Position numbers and translations under genes: made by a program. Source: Octopus sinensis (lineage: Eukaryota). Taken from it: a stretch of 64,000 nt of DNA. How positions within the stretch are numbered: the first letter of the stretch is position 1; each line of letters starts with the position of its first letter. The notes beneath the pieces are model-generated. The model saw nothing but the letters and a program-made list of their open reading frames with translations, was not told the origin of the DNA and searched no databases. Below, piece after piece: positions 22,542 through 35,996 of this stretch. The stretch spans positions 204,910,001-204,974,000 of the forward strand of contig NC_042998.1 of assembly GCF_006345805.1 (NCBI RefSeq), read 5' to 3'.

Positions 22542-25500
22542 CAGGGGTGGGAAAATATCCGCCCACGATCCCATTTTATTGCGCCCGCTAGCTGATATAC
22601 CCGTATGTACAAAGTAAAGTAAATTTTTCAATTATAGAATTTATACAATCCTCGTATACCTATTTGCGACATTGGTTGGGGTTTCCACTGCGGTTTAAAA
22701 CGGTCAAACTTGGACAGAAATCCTCCGGTAATTGCCATTTGAATGGAAATTTTGTTTACACTATTAAAACCTGAGAAAACTAAAAATATATCGTATGTAT
22801 CGAAATAATGTTTATATGAAACGAAAGCTGAAGGGTTGTAGAAGATACAGGGTAAAAATTATTCATATTCAAGGACCCCAATATTTACATTTTCCTCCCT
22901 ATTTCATTTTTCACGTCTTTACGAAAAAATCTCCGAAATTGATACCCACCCTCTTTCTATCGATCGATAAGCAAAAATATTTTAAAATCTATTAAAAATC
23001 AAAAGCAAATTGGTAAGGCTTCATCGAAACAGAAACTACTAATTCGATGCTTTGTGAACAGGATTATAAAAAGATATTACTTTTTTTCTGAAAAAGCAGT
23101 GAAAAATAACGTTTTTCGGAAGAGGTGTCGCGTTTTTGTTATCAGTCGGTATCAAGAAAGTCAACAGGAGTTACTTTCATCTGCCATCGGCTTATCAGTT
23201 ATCGCCCTTCCCTATTCACTCGCTTGTCAACATGTGTGGACAAAGGAGAGAGAAAAATGAAGTTAAACCTTGCAGAACCAAACAATATCTTAATTTTTAG
23301 CAGATTTTTATTTTTCACTATTTTTACAGCATTAGATGCATGTATTACGACTACGAACCAGTTGGCTTTTGTTTTTCCCAGGCAACGGAAATAACAGAAA
23401 TTCCGAAAGTGATAATATAAATTTAACCGGTTTATAACTTTGTGAAATCAGTTTTTCAATACCCTTATCAATATGGCAAGCGGTTATAAAAACCCTATAA
23501 AATGAAGTTCTGGTGAACGTGCTTCGTTTGATGAAAAATGGACTCTTCTTTTTGGAATAGGTAACAAGTGCTTTTGACTTATTTGCAACGAACAAGTAAC
23601 CGTTCATAAAAAAATACAATATTGAGTGACATTTTCTGAGAAAGCATAAGACCTGTGGAAATTTGAAAGAATCTGAACGTTTTGACAAGATGGCCTCCGT
23701 GACAGAAAATCTGACTAAAAGACAAGCTTTTTTTTAAAAAAAGCCAATTCTTGAAAGTGAATCAGTTACTCGAGATAGTTATGGAGTATAGGAAAATATT
23801 GTTAAAAAACTGAAACCACATAGCAATGGTGAATTCTTGAAGGAATGTTTCCTTGCTGCTGTTGAGAATATATGCCCAGAAAAACTTACTTTCATTGGAA
23901 ATATTAGCTTATCAAGAAGAACTGCTTCTGGTCGTATTAAAGATATTGCTAATGACATACAAAATTCTCTAAAATCTGATTCAGCAGAATTCGTGTTGTA
24001 TTCATTAGCCATTGATGAGACAACTGATCTGTCTGATACTGCTCAGATGGCAATGTTTATAAAATTCAACATTCGGGAAGAATTTCTTGCCTTGAAATCA
24101 ATGCATGGAACGACTGGAGGTGGAGATTTATTTCAAATAGTCAACTAAGCCTTGAAACATTTTGATTTACCATTTGAAAAATTGAGTGGCGCTCCATCTA
24201 TGACAGGTCGTGAAAAAGGGTTCGTAACTCTGATTAAGAATGAATTTAAGAAGCGTCTTTTGGATCCGGAAACTTTGTGTGTCACTACTTTATTCACGGG
24301 GAAGTTTATGTGCAAAATCTCTCTAGATGGGCAATGTAATGAAAGTTGGAACTAAGGACGTTTATTTGATAAATAGCAAAAGGTTGAATAATAGGGAATT
24401 TAAAGGATTCTTAAAAGATCTTGAAGCCACATATGGGAATTTATTGCACCATTATGAAACTAAGTGGTTAAGTAAGGCCCAAATCCTTAAACGATTTTAA
24501 GAACTGAAGGAAGAAGCTAAAATTTTTATGGATATTAAAGGTGTTCCTATTATAGAACTGGAAGATAAAAAGTTTCAAAGTGATTTAGTATTTTTAGTAG
24601 ATAGAACTAGTCATTTAAATAATTTGAACTTGAAACTACAAGGCTCCAATCTGTTAATAACCAGTTTGCTTCCTCATATCAAAAGTTTTGAATCGATACT
24701 CCAATTATTTGTCACACAATTGAAAAGAAAGTGCTTCACACATTTTCCGAAATTGAGCGAACAAAATGTGACGAGTGTGAAAGTCTTTTGAGGAAATTTG
24801 AAGAAATCCAAGACAACAAAATCGAATAACGTGTTTTTGAAACAGCTTTTGATATGCGACACGAGGAGGATTTGGATTCCTTATAATTTAGAATTGATTT
24901 GCTGTCGGAGAACTTAATAAAATCGAAATAGAGTAATCTGTCTTTATTGGGCTTATACAAACGCATCAATCCTAAGAAATTCCTTGCTTTACATAAAAAT
25001 GCCTTGAAATTCGTATCTCAATTTTCGACAACTTGTGAGCAGTTTTTTTCCAAATTGAATTATGCCAAAAAATCGTCTTCGTACTAGACTTACTAACGAA
25101 AACCTGAGTAATGAACTAAGAATGGTAGTTTCTTCAAAGACTTGATGTTCCTAAACTTGCAAAATAATTTTTTTTCAAGAGTAGTTTCATCCTTCTCACT
25201 AAACAAAGCCAAATTTTAAAGTTACGGTTGATTAAGCTTTGATAAAATTATCACCAGGATAAATTTGTTCAAATATGTCATTTACACATAATACTATTTA
25301 GGTATCAATGTATTCAAAATTAAATTCGATTTGGGCTTGACTGTTATGATTTCTCCAACATTAGGATAGGTACATTTTGAAAAATATAGAATACCTCAGA
25401 AGTAATATAAACGTCCTAAATTCAGTGGCGGCGTTAATGAAGATGTTACGCGTTAATTTAATGTCTTAAACTTATTCTTATTAATGTATATCGAATTATA

Positions 25501-25580
25501 TATATATACACGGATACAAGAGTCAGAACTTGTGATCCGCCCGCGGACCTTTTTCTTTGGAAACTTTTGCCCACCGCACT
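22542..25580 (+). mobile_element. Near full-length decayed hAT (Buster/Charlie/SPIN-like) DNA transposon
   Basis: Left CAGGGGTGGGAAAA, right ttttgcccacc; subterminal atccgccc motifs; internal transposase remnant. Confidence 0.85.
23473..25145 (+). pseudogene. hAT transposase pseudogene (GTF2IRD2/SPIN-like)
   Basis: BED-like LICNEQV..KKYNIE.HF..KH, ISLSRRT, YSLAIDETTDLSDTAQ, EEFLAL..MHGTTGG.DLF, FLVD.TSHLNNLNLKLQG, C-terminal FSTTCEQFFS; many stops and frameshifts. Confidence 0.9.
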
Positions 25581-26241
25581 AAAAAGTCTCCTCAACCAAT
25601 AATGCAAAGCATTTTAATCAGCCTCCCGTATCACATCACTAATTCCCCAACATTATTACCATGTTTGAACATGACTAATGTCTGGAGTTTTTTCCCACAG
25701 TACAAATTATTTTTAATTAACGATTTAATCCTCTTTCATTTGAAATATGCTAATTATTAACTTATCTATCTTACTAAAGTGTCTCCTGATTTATAATTAT
25801 TTCAAGTTAATTATTTCATTGCTTTCTACACAACAATATTAACATTAACCTGTCTCTGCTGCTGTTTACCAAGCGGCCTGCCCGCTTCGCCATAATTAGT
25901 ATTAATTAACCCCTACAGTCACTAACAAAACATGTTAATATGAACTTAAAACTCTGATGGTCAATGGTGTTTCATTTTAAACTGCGGAAATCTGTAGGCG
26001 GGGGTGGGATTCCTGTAGAATGACTTTCTAGAAGTTGGTTTAGGAGAATCATTTAGTCTCTATATATGGGGTGGGGGTGAGAAAAAAGCAGAGTTTTCTA
26101 GAGAAATACAGGGTATGTGGGTGTGGGGGTGATTTAGATGAGGGTTTGTTAGGAAGAGTGTGGGGTGACCGACGAAGGCGAGCAGACCGAAACTTCGAAA
26201 TCAAAGTCTTTAAAACTATAAAGTATATATATCATATATCA

Positions 26242-27680
26242 TCTCTTATGATAATCTCTTATTATAAAAGGCAGATTTTATCTGCCTCCCTTTGTCAGTT
26301 ATAGAAATCTACAATATAGGATTTCTTCAATTACAATTTACTTAGCATTTTTAAGAGTAGAATGCATCGGGTTTTGCCAGGTCCACTTTTTAAAATTTAA
26401 ACTCCAATTAAGCAAAATTTACAGAAAACTCACATTCTGGTGTGTATGTCAAATGCTTTTCTTAATGTGGTTTACACCACACGCACACGCACACACACAG
26501 TGTGCAACGAATAAAATGAAAGTAATTCACCTTTTGTAGTGAGTGACTCTTTCAGTCTGCCACTTCCTCTTTACACACATAGACACGCAAATATATAAAT
26601 AAAATTGTAAGCTAACGTGCATGTGTGTGAGTGTGTGTGTGCGTGTGTGTGTGTGTGAGGGTGCGTGTGTGTGTGTGTGTGTGCGTGTGCGTGAGTGTGT
26701 GACAGTAAAGTTTTTTAGGACGAATATAAGACCTATATCGGCGATGTTTCGCTTGTCGTAGCACAGGTTTCCGTCGATTTCCGTAAAAAACTTTTATTTT
26801 TTTACATAAGTAATGAGAGCGAAAGAGACTAAGAGAAAGCGATTGTATGACGAGGGAAGTTCTTTTGAAGTTACCGTGCATGGGACGCATTGATGTACAT
26901 GTGTGTGTGTGTGTGTGTTTGATGGAGTGTGGGAGACAGACAGTATGTTGTGTAAGTGAAGTGCTTCTGTTAGTGTGTGTGAAGAGACAGAGAGAGTAAT
27001 GTGTGAAAGAGAGAGATAACTGAATTTTTTACTCGGTGTATGTGTATATGTATGTATGCATGTATGTGTGTGTGTGTGTGTGTATGTATGTGTGTGTATG
27101 TATGTATGTATGTATGTATGTATGGCCGATTCAGTGTTTACATTTTTTACGGAAATCGACGGAAACGTGTGCTACGACAAGCGAAACATCGCCCCTATAT
27201 CCAAGTAGCAGAAAGATCGCCCAAAAGTGTATATAGATATTTAAATGTATTTATATATTCATCTATACACAGATGTATGTATAATGTGTGTGTATATATT
27301 TCCATACACGTAACCATTCACTCCGCACAAAGTTTTTTAGGACGAAAATAAGATCTAAAGTTATCTCTAAGTAGCACAGAGATCGCCCAAAAGTGTATAT
27401 AGATATATAAATGTATTTATATATTAATCTATGCACACATGTATGTATAACGTGTGTGTATATATTTCCATAGAGGTAACCATTCACTCCATACAAAGTT
27501 TTTTAGCACGAAAATAAGATCTAAAGTTATCTCTAAGAAACAGAAAGATCGCCCAAAAGTGTATATAGATATTTAAATGTATTTATATATTCATCTATAC
27601 ACACATGTATGTATAATGTGCGTGTATATATTTCCATAGAGGTAACCATTCAATCCATACAAAGTTTTTTAGGACGAAAA
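26242..27680 (+). mobile_element. Helitron-like family A copy with a nested MITE and a 166-bp tandem array
   Basis: TCTCTTATTATAAAAGG start (doubled 12-13mer); colinear with 11823-12328; tandem units start at 27214, 27380 and 27546. Confidence 0.6.
26740..27193. mobile_element. MITE with 51-bp TIR starting GG and an 8-bp TSD (Merlin-like)
   Basis: TIR 26740-26790 / 27143-27193 with one mismatch; TSD cctatatc at 26732-26739 and 27194-27201; empty site in the paralogue at about 11838-11845. Confidence 0.9.
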
Positions 27681-28527
27681 TATTTATATATAAAAGAAAG
27701 GTTGTGTGTCTGTCTACTCCGATTTAGATTCCTAACTACTCCCACATTTTGCGATGCAGTTTAACCAAAACCGGGTATCTTATAGTCGTGATTCATATCG
27801 AGCCCTTCTGGGTATTAGCGCGCGTCTACGATGAGTCTATGATTTTACAAATAATTTACCATCATTTTTTTCCATTTTAATGCATATTTTTTAAAATAAA
27901 CGGAAGTAACTTTCAAACTTCACACCAATATGCGTGCTCATATGCGACGTAATATCACATCAGCAGCATTTCCTCACACCCTCCTTGCACTTGGCGAAGG
28001 CAAAATACCAGGGGATGAAAATGGTAATATTGCCATCGATTCCATTTGTACCATTGTTAAGACGCCTTCTGATCTCAGAGATGCAGTGTTCCCAGATCTA
28101 CAAGCTAATTATCAGAATATGGATTGGATTGGCAAAAAGGCTATACTGGCCCCGAGGAATAAAACTGTTCACCATATTAATGATGAAATGCTAAAACTCA
28201 TTCCTGGGGAAGTCTATGTATATCAGTCTATCGATACAACTCCTGACCCAGAGGACGTCATCAACTATCCAATAGAGGTACTCAATTCCTTTGAGCACCC
28301 CGGACTACCACCACACTTTCTCAAACTTAAAGTTGGTGCCCCTATAATGCTCATCAGAAATTTGGTTCCCCCAAAACAATGCAATGGCACACGTTTGATC
28401 GTTAAGTCCTTATCTCCCACCGTAAGCTTATACCAATATTTGCCTGAATAATCATCATAATTCAGTGCAATCATTAACAGTACTTTCAAGCAATTCAGCC
28501 CCGAGCAACGCCGGGCAATTCTGCTAG
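27681..28527 (+). mobile_element. Helitron family B deletion derivative retaining a helicase segment
   Basis: Same 5' 220 bp and 3' hairpin plus CTAG|T as the 394-bp B elements. Confidence 0.9.
27930..28451 (+). pseudogene. Helitron RepHel PIF1-like helicase fragment
   Basis: AILAPRN, YPIEVLNS...GLPPH.LKLKVGAPIMLIRNLVPPKQCNGTRL are hallmark PIF1/Helitron helicase motifs. Confidence 0.9.
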
Positions 28528-28810
28528 TCTCTTATTATATCTCTTATTATAAAAGGCAGATTTTATCTGCCTCCCTTTGTAAGTTATAGAAATCTACAAT
28601 ATAGGATTTCTTCAATTACAATTTACCTAGCATTTTTAAGAGTAGAATGCATCGGGTCATGCCAGGTCCAGTTTTTAAAATTTAAACTCCAATTAAGCAA
28701 AATTTACAGAAAACTCACATTCTGGTGTGTATGTCAAATGCTTTTCTTAGTCTGGTTTACAGCACACGCAAACGCACACACAAAGTGTGCAACGAATAAA
28801 GTGAAACTAG
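28528..28810 (+). mobile_element. Helitron-like family A, 5' portion
   Basis: Near-identical to 26255-26520. Confidence 0.7.
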
Positions 28811-29320
28811 ATGTAATATTTGTTTCTGTCTATCACGCTGATAGATACATGAGTAAAATATATGGGAAGCTAACAGATAAGAGTGAGTGAAAATGTTCTT
28901 GGAAGAGAGTAAATTAGCGACAGAGTGATTTGAGGAAGACTAAACTGAAAGTATGAAACAGTGTTTATGTATAAACAGACGACACTTATATAAACCTTTT
29001 CGTTACCAAACCGCCCGAATTTACCTATTCATATTTAAATGAGAATATCAGAGTAAATCTCTTTAGTACATTCGTGAAAACACGTATTATACTTCGTAAA
29101 CACTTCAAATACAGTTTTGTACAAAAATCGAAGTGTAATTTTAATTCCGTGAATTATGGGAGATTTTTTTCCGAAATTTGTTCCTATTGTGTTTTCAAAA
29201 TTTGTAATTCTGACAAAAAATGGATACGAATGTCATTATATCAAGCAGCGAGTCAGAATTCGAAGGATTTTCTACTGAAGACCTTCATAAATCTAACTCT
29301 ATGACTGAAAAAAAAAAGCA

Positions 29321-29714
29321 TCTTTATATAAGAGTGAAGTTGTGTGTCTGTCCCCTTCGATTTAGATTCGTAACTACTCCCACATTTTGCGGTGCAGTTT
29401 AACCAAAAGCGGGTATCTTATAGTCGTGATTCATATCGAGCCCTTCTGGGTATTAGCGCGCGTCTACGATGAGTCTACGATTTAAAAAAAATTTACCATC
29501 ATATTTTTCCATTTTAATGCATTTTTTCGCTTTTATATAAGGGAAGTAACTCTCTAAAAATATCTACGATGTGTCAACGATTTAAAAAAAAATTTACCTT
29601 AATTTTTTTTCAATTTTTAATGCATTTTTTTGCCAATTTTTGGCTATAACTCTCTAAAAATGCTTATATAGTTATTTCCCTTACAACCCGAGCAACGCCG
29701 GGCGATACTGCTAG
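29321..29714 (+). mobile_element. Non-autonomous Helitron, family B (394 bp)
   Basis: A|TC...hairpin...CTAG|T. Confidence 0.92.
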
Positions 29715-30616
29715 TATACTATAAGAGGCAGATTTTCTCTGTCTGTGACTATGTTTGTTTGCTATACGATTGTACAATATGGAATTTCTTCAATTGGAAT
29801 TCAGCTATGATTTTTTCGAAGTAGATTCGATTGGGTCATGGCATATAAATTTTTTTCAATTTGACCCCCAATTAAGCAAAAATTCGATAAAAATCAATAT
29901 TTTACGATTTGCCTCTCTCATTTCAACTGGTTTACTCCTTCTATTACCACACTTTCTGCTACTTTCTCTTTGCAAGTGTATACCACTTTCATATCCTCTT
30001 TCTACCACTCTTAAAATACATTCAACATCACACATTCTGCTACTACGTCTGTAAATACATATATACACGCGTGCATGCGTGCGTGCGTGCGTGTGTGTGC
30101 GTGTGTGACAAATATACGCCATGATAAATGAACAGAATGAAAATGTTATTTTCTACAGATTTAATTTTCCGCGAATTCTGCGCAAGGAAGAGTATACACA
30201 AGCCGTGCCGTTTGCTGTTTTACTGAGGTAGAGGAAAATTAACGACAAAGATGGCGCACTTTAGATAGTATTTGTGTAGTTTGTAGGGAGGTGTTAGGAA
30301 GAGCCTGGTGTGCTAGAGAGAGAAAGAAGTACTGAGTCCAAAAAGAGCGGAAACTAGCTGTCCTAAAATATTTTGAGGGGGTTCGAATTTGCACGTGTTG
30401 CAAAGCTGGGTTTAGGTCGGAGAACAATGGAGAGTGAATAAGTTTGCCTCTTTTGAACTGAAAATAACCAAAGGATGTTAAGTTAAGGAATAAGTCTGAC
30501 ATTTAACTCTCATAAATTTCTAAGTCCTAACGCCAAGAACCGTGGAAAGGAGCTTGAAGAAAAATCTGGATCAAGGTTTCGATTCCAGACTAAGAATCCA
30601 GGAGACGATTTACTTC

Positions 30617-30706
<90 letters not shown>

Positions 30707-30713
30707 TTCTATG

Positions 30714-30746
<33 letters not shown>

Positions 30747-30765
30747 GCATCTATCTATCTGTCTG

Positions 30766-30799
<34 letters not shown>

Positions 30800-30800
30800 C

Positions 30801-30831
<31 letters not shown>

Positions 30832-30876
30832 CATCTATCTATCTATCCATCTATCTATCTATCCATCTATCTATCC

Positions 30877-30923
<47 letters not shown>

Positions 30924-31032
30924 CATCCATCCATCCATCCATCCATCCATCCATCCATCCATCCATCCATCCATCCATCCATCCATCCATCCATCCATCC
31001 ATCCATCCATCCATCCATCCATCCATCCATCC

Positions 31033-31075
<43 letters not shown>

Positions 31076-31092
31076 CATCCATCCATCCATCC

Positions 31093-31131
<39 letters not shown>

Positions 31132-31132
31132 C

Positions 31133-31187
<55 letters not shown>

Positions 31188-31191
31188 CATC
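30617..31191. repeat. Long compound (ATCT)n/(ATCC)n array
   Basis: Direct reading; source of the IYLS/IHPS ORFs. Confidence 0.95.
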
Positions 31192-32218
31192 AACACACAC
31201 ACACACTCACAACCGATGTGTGTGTGTATCATTTACATGTTCATATACACACAAACGTCGAATGGTGCTGGTTGTAGGATTTAGTCAGAGAAAATCTATA
31301 TTTTTTTTTTAAAACCTTTGTCTCCATTGGTAAGTCTACATCAAACCCCTGCTTATTGATCAATCTCTATAAAGCTGAAGTGCGAAACAGTTGTTTGATT
31401 TCTTGGTTATTTGTCTCATTTTGGGATGGGAACGGTTTAGATGGGGTCGGATTGGCGCCAAAATTTACACTGGGGGTAAAATGGGGTGGGCAGTGGTGTG
31501 AGGAGGGTTGCAAGTCGCTCGGGGCTGCCGTTTGGTTGCCATGGTGAGGAATATGGAAGAATTGAGTTTTATGGGATAGACAGGTTGCGCTGTTTGAATA
31601 ATAGCGGATTTTCGTGTTGCTGCAGGAGCTAGGGGCGGTTATCTTTAATTGTGGGTGTAAAAATTTTTGGGATTTTGGAAAGGGGGGGGGGTAAAGAAGA
31701 GGGCAATAAAAAGAACCAGGCAAAGAAGACGAACAAAAGAAGAAATGGAAAAAGGGACAACACGCGCAAAACAACACCACCACCAAAACCCGAGCGAAGC
31801 AGGGGTCAAAATAGCTAGTCTTTATTATATAATCTATAATATATGTTCGATTAAGTGACCTCTGCTAAACTGACCGTCTGCACGGACGAAAAGAGCCAAT
31901 TATATATTACAGTTCGCCATATTTTTGCCGACCGTATTGTTTTCTCTGTCTATTTATGCTTATTTCTTTAAGGTTTATTCCTCCCCCCCCATTCTATTTC
32001 CTTTCTTTTCTTTCACAACTTCTGTAAAAATGGTCAGGAATGGAAGCTGCCAGAGATGATAAAATCAAATATTCAGTTGACATTTTCAAGATAACAGCTT
32101 CAAGTAAATAATATATTCTGGTCAGAAATCTTATCTCCTAACAATCAGCATCGACATCATCATCATCATCATCGTCGTCGTCGTCGTCGTCCTCACCATC
32201 GTCATCGTCAGCGTCGTG

Positions 32219-32255
<37 letters not shown>

Positions 32256-32579
32256 AGTCTGTAGAAGACGGCTAAAACCTGCCTCCATCCATCGCGGTGT
32301 TCATAATCAGTGGTGGTCCCGTGATTATCTCTGTTCATCAACTGAATTTGCAACGGTTGGAAGAATTTGGATTCAGAGGGCAAGGGATCGAGCCCGATAC
32401 CCTAATCCACCTCCTCCTTATGCTTTAACAATTATGCAAATCCAACAATCCCCCCCCCCCGATTAGTATTTTTGTTTATCTTCCCTGGAAAGTGCAGAAG
32501 GCAAAGTTGACCTCAGCCAGATTTGAACCGAGAGAGCAAACCAAAAAGACACAACAGGTTTCATCCGATCTTCTACCGA

Positions 32580-32695
<116 letters not shown>

Positions 32696-32867
32696 CCGCC
32701 ACATTTCTTAAAATAAACTGTTGTTTGCGGTAAACAAATATCCAAATATGTTTGGGGCATACAAAACCCGTATTCATTGCTGATTTACCGCGGAGAACCT
32801 TTTAGGCAATATGTGTTACAAGTTATTTGAAGCAGGGAATGCATTTCTGGCTGCTTGACTATCATCG

Positions 32868-33145
32868 GCTCCACGTAAATGGTCCTCCGTCGGTTACGAC
32901 GACGAGCGTTCCTATTGACCCGATCAACGAAACAGCAGCCTGCTTGTGAAATTAACGTGCAAGTGGTTGAGCACTCCACAGACACGCACACCTTTAAAGT
33001 AGCTCTCAGGGAGATTCAGCGTGACACAGAATGGGACAAAGTCAACCCTTTGAAATATAGATGCAACCCATTTTACTCGCTGGGAATCGAACTGACGGCT
33101 GTACAATCGCGAGCCGAATATCTTAACCACCAAGCCACGCACCTC
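32868..33145 (-). mobile_element. S4 SINE copy
   Basis: Colinear with 15030-15354. Confidence 0.75.
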
Positions 33146-34353
33146 CGCAACAGCATTCCTGTCCAGTACGAGAAGAATCGCAGGATCAGGGCAACAGTTT
33201 ACGCATAGAGCGATGGTGCCAAGACTGCCTTTGAGCGATGGCAGCTGAACGCTTCTAAGACGGAACAGTAGCCGGAGCCGAGTTGTTTTCTGAAGGCGTC
33301 TCAACCTCAAGGCGCATGCCTTTGCTCGGTGTGCGCCGCTAGGTGGCTACGTCCGCACGGCGGGCGGCGTCACCGGCGGAATTACCATTCTGGGGCACTG
33401 CCTCGGTACCGTCCCGTCCGAGTTGTTCGGAGAGAAGGAGACGAAAAGGATCGCTTGCATATGACCCGACTTGCCGTTCGGACTGACGTGCTTAGTAGAG
33501 CAGCTAACACCCTGCGATCTATTGAGTCCCTTTCACGCTATTAGCTCCTTGTGCCATCAGAGCAACTACTCTGAAATAACTCCGGAAGTTTTCGCTTCTT
33601 CATACTTAATCAGTTTCAAAACATGAGCTGATTACATGCAACATCGGTCTAGCAGACATTATTATCATCAAATGAGTTTTGCCTGTTTTTTTAGCCTTTT
33701 CTACTTCTGCAACCATGTAAAGGAATGTCCATAAGAATATGGCGCAAATTCTTTGTTTGGCTTTAAGTCTCAAATCGTTTATTCCACAAGAGGTGGGGGT
33801 TGGGAGTTGTGGACGAACAACAACAACAACAACAACAACAATTACAATATAATCTATAAAAGCTGGATGTAAAAAAAAAATATAGCAGAAATAAAGTTGG
33901 CCGGGGAAAGTTTTAGGGTTTTTATTTTAATTCCTAAAAGTACACTCTGAGAATATTTCTCAATTTATTTCAGTTATGGTAATCCATAATTTGCACCACT
34001 TTTGGTCTGTTAATTCCATCATTTCATCGTGAATATGAATTAAACCAATGAAAACAATTCTCGGTTGTAAACCGACCGTTAGATTGTGGAAACACTCGCA
34101 GAGATGAGACCGCCAAAACTCAGAAGCGCCCTCCACCATTCCTCTTTCACCCTCAACTCTCTTTCTGCCTTCAATGCCAGGCTTTTTTTTTTTGTCTTTT
34201 TTAATTCCGCCCATTTTCTCTGCTAACCTTGTAACGTGACGACCATGAAATTCGTGTTAATAACTTCCCACAACGCTTCGAGAACAAGTGTGGGGGGGGG
34301 GGACGGAGGGGTGTGTGTGTTTGTGTGCCTGTCTACATGTGTGTACGTGTGTC

Positions 34354-34397
<44 letters not shown>

Positions 34398-34411
34398 AGT
34401 ATGTATATATG

Positions 34412-34457
<46 letters not shown>

Positions 34458-35038
34458 ACCATACTCTTCTGTTCCCTCGTAAATGTCTTTCAGCGACCCT
34501 TGCTCGTATTATGACAGCTACTTCTCTCTCTCTCTCTCTCTTTCTCTCTCTTCCACTCATCTTTCTCTTCCTCTTCCTCTCTGTTTCTCCTCTCATTCCA
34601 TTTCTTTGTCTCTATCCTTCTCCTTATCTTTCTCCCCACTCTCTCCCCTTCTCCTTCTCTCTCTCTCTCTTTCCCTCCACATCAAACTGACACCCCCCAC
34701 CCCCACCATATTCTCCCATCCTGTCCAAACAACCGATGTCGCCTTTTATACTTTCGTTCAGTTTTTCTCCTCCTCCTCCTCTTCCTTATTAATTCTGTTT
34801 CAGATAAAAACCAAAATCTAGTTTACTAAACAGAATAATGATATCTTGAATAAACTTTCGTGAACTAAAGAAAACATGCCCTGTCGATGTTGTCGATGTT
34901 GTTGTTGTTGCTGTTGCCTGTTATATTTTTAGTCCTCTCAGACTTAATTCACATATTACTGACCTAGAACTACTTCCACACTTCCACATTTCGTAGCAGT
35001 CGAGGCTTCTTCTGTCTACACTGTATCGCAGACATTAG

Positions 35039-35072
<34 letters not shown>

Positions 35073-35229
35073 TTCTTTGGCGATATATCTTTATCTTTTA
35101 CTTAGAACAACTTCGATATGTTTCGGCCAGTATAGGCCCAGGCGGCCATGTCTAACTTAATAGCACCACCTGGTGAAGTCTTTTAGTTATATATGGGGCA
35201 CTGTGGCCCACTCTAGCAAAGATTTATTA

Positions 35230-35835
35230 TTGGCGATATATCCGGGTGTAGGAGGTTGGTCCGGGATTTTTTGAAGAAATTTGTGCAGTGAACTTTAGAA
35301 TTTTATGGGATCCGTTCCCGTTTGGTAAGAGAGCTGGACCGGTTGAGGTAAAGGAATTGTAACGAAATATTGCTATGTGTCCTGAGTTCGATTTTAGTAG
35401 TGGGCGGATAGCACGGGGGAGGTCAAGTCTTGGATGGATTTCAAAACTGATGCCAACATCATTTGTGCAATATTGATGGAATATTTTCCACATCACACAA
35501 ATGATGTAACGTTCCCGGCGGCGTTACAGAGACTGAGTTTTTAAAATTTCTTTTAGTCGATTCCAGTTGTCAATATCTGTCATGCCATTTCTCTTTCTTG
35601 TTATTGACCTCTGGAATGCTTCCACTTTCATGATGAGTTGCTTCGTGTTGGAAGACCAGAGTGGACAACAGTATTCAAGGTGGGGTCGGGCAAAAGTAGA
35701 GTAGAGAAGGATGATGGTGTGGGCATCTCTGGACCGGAGAGTTCTCAGAATCCAGGAGCAGATCTTGCGAGCCAAGTGGGAACTCCAGCTTAGATTGTCA
35801 TCAACGATTACTCCAGCATCTCTGATGTTGTTGGA
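35230..35835 (-). mobile_element. CR1/L2-group LINE fragment, RT C-terminal region
   Basis: RDAGVIVDDNLSWSSH...WILRTLRSRD...LYSTFARPHLEYCCPLWS...EAFQR. Confidence 0.8.
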
Positions 35836-35996
35836 TGCCATAGACTGCGGCCATGCTGGGGCACCGCCTAGAAGGAATTTTTTGTCGAACGAATCAGCCC
35901 CAGTACTTAATATTTTAAAGCCTGGTTCTTATTCTATCGGTCTGCTTTGCCGAACCGCTAAGTTATGGGGACGTAGACACCCACACCAGTTGTCAA

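Noticed and set aside
27202-27680. Direct repeats resembling a CRISPR array
   Set aside because: 166-bp near-identical units with no unique spacers, in a eukaryotic Helitron context with no cas genes.
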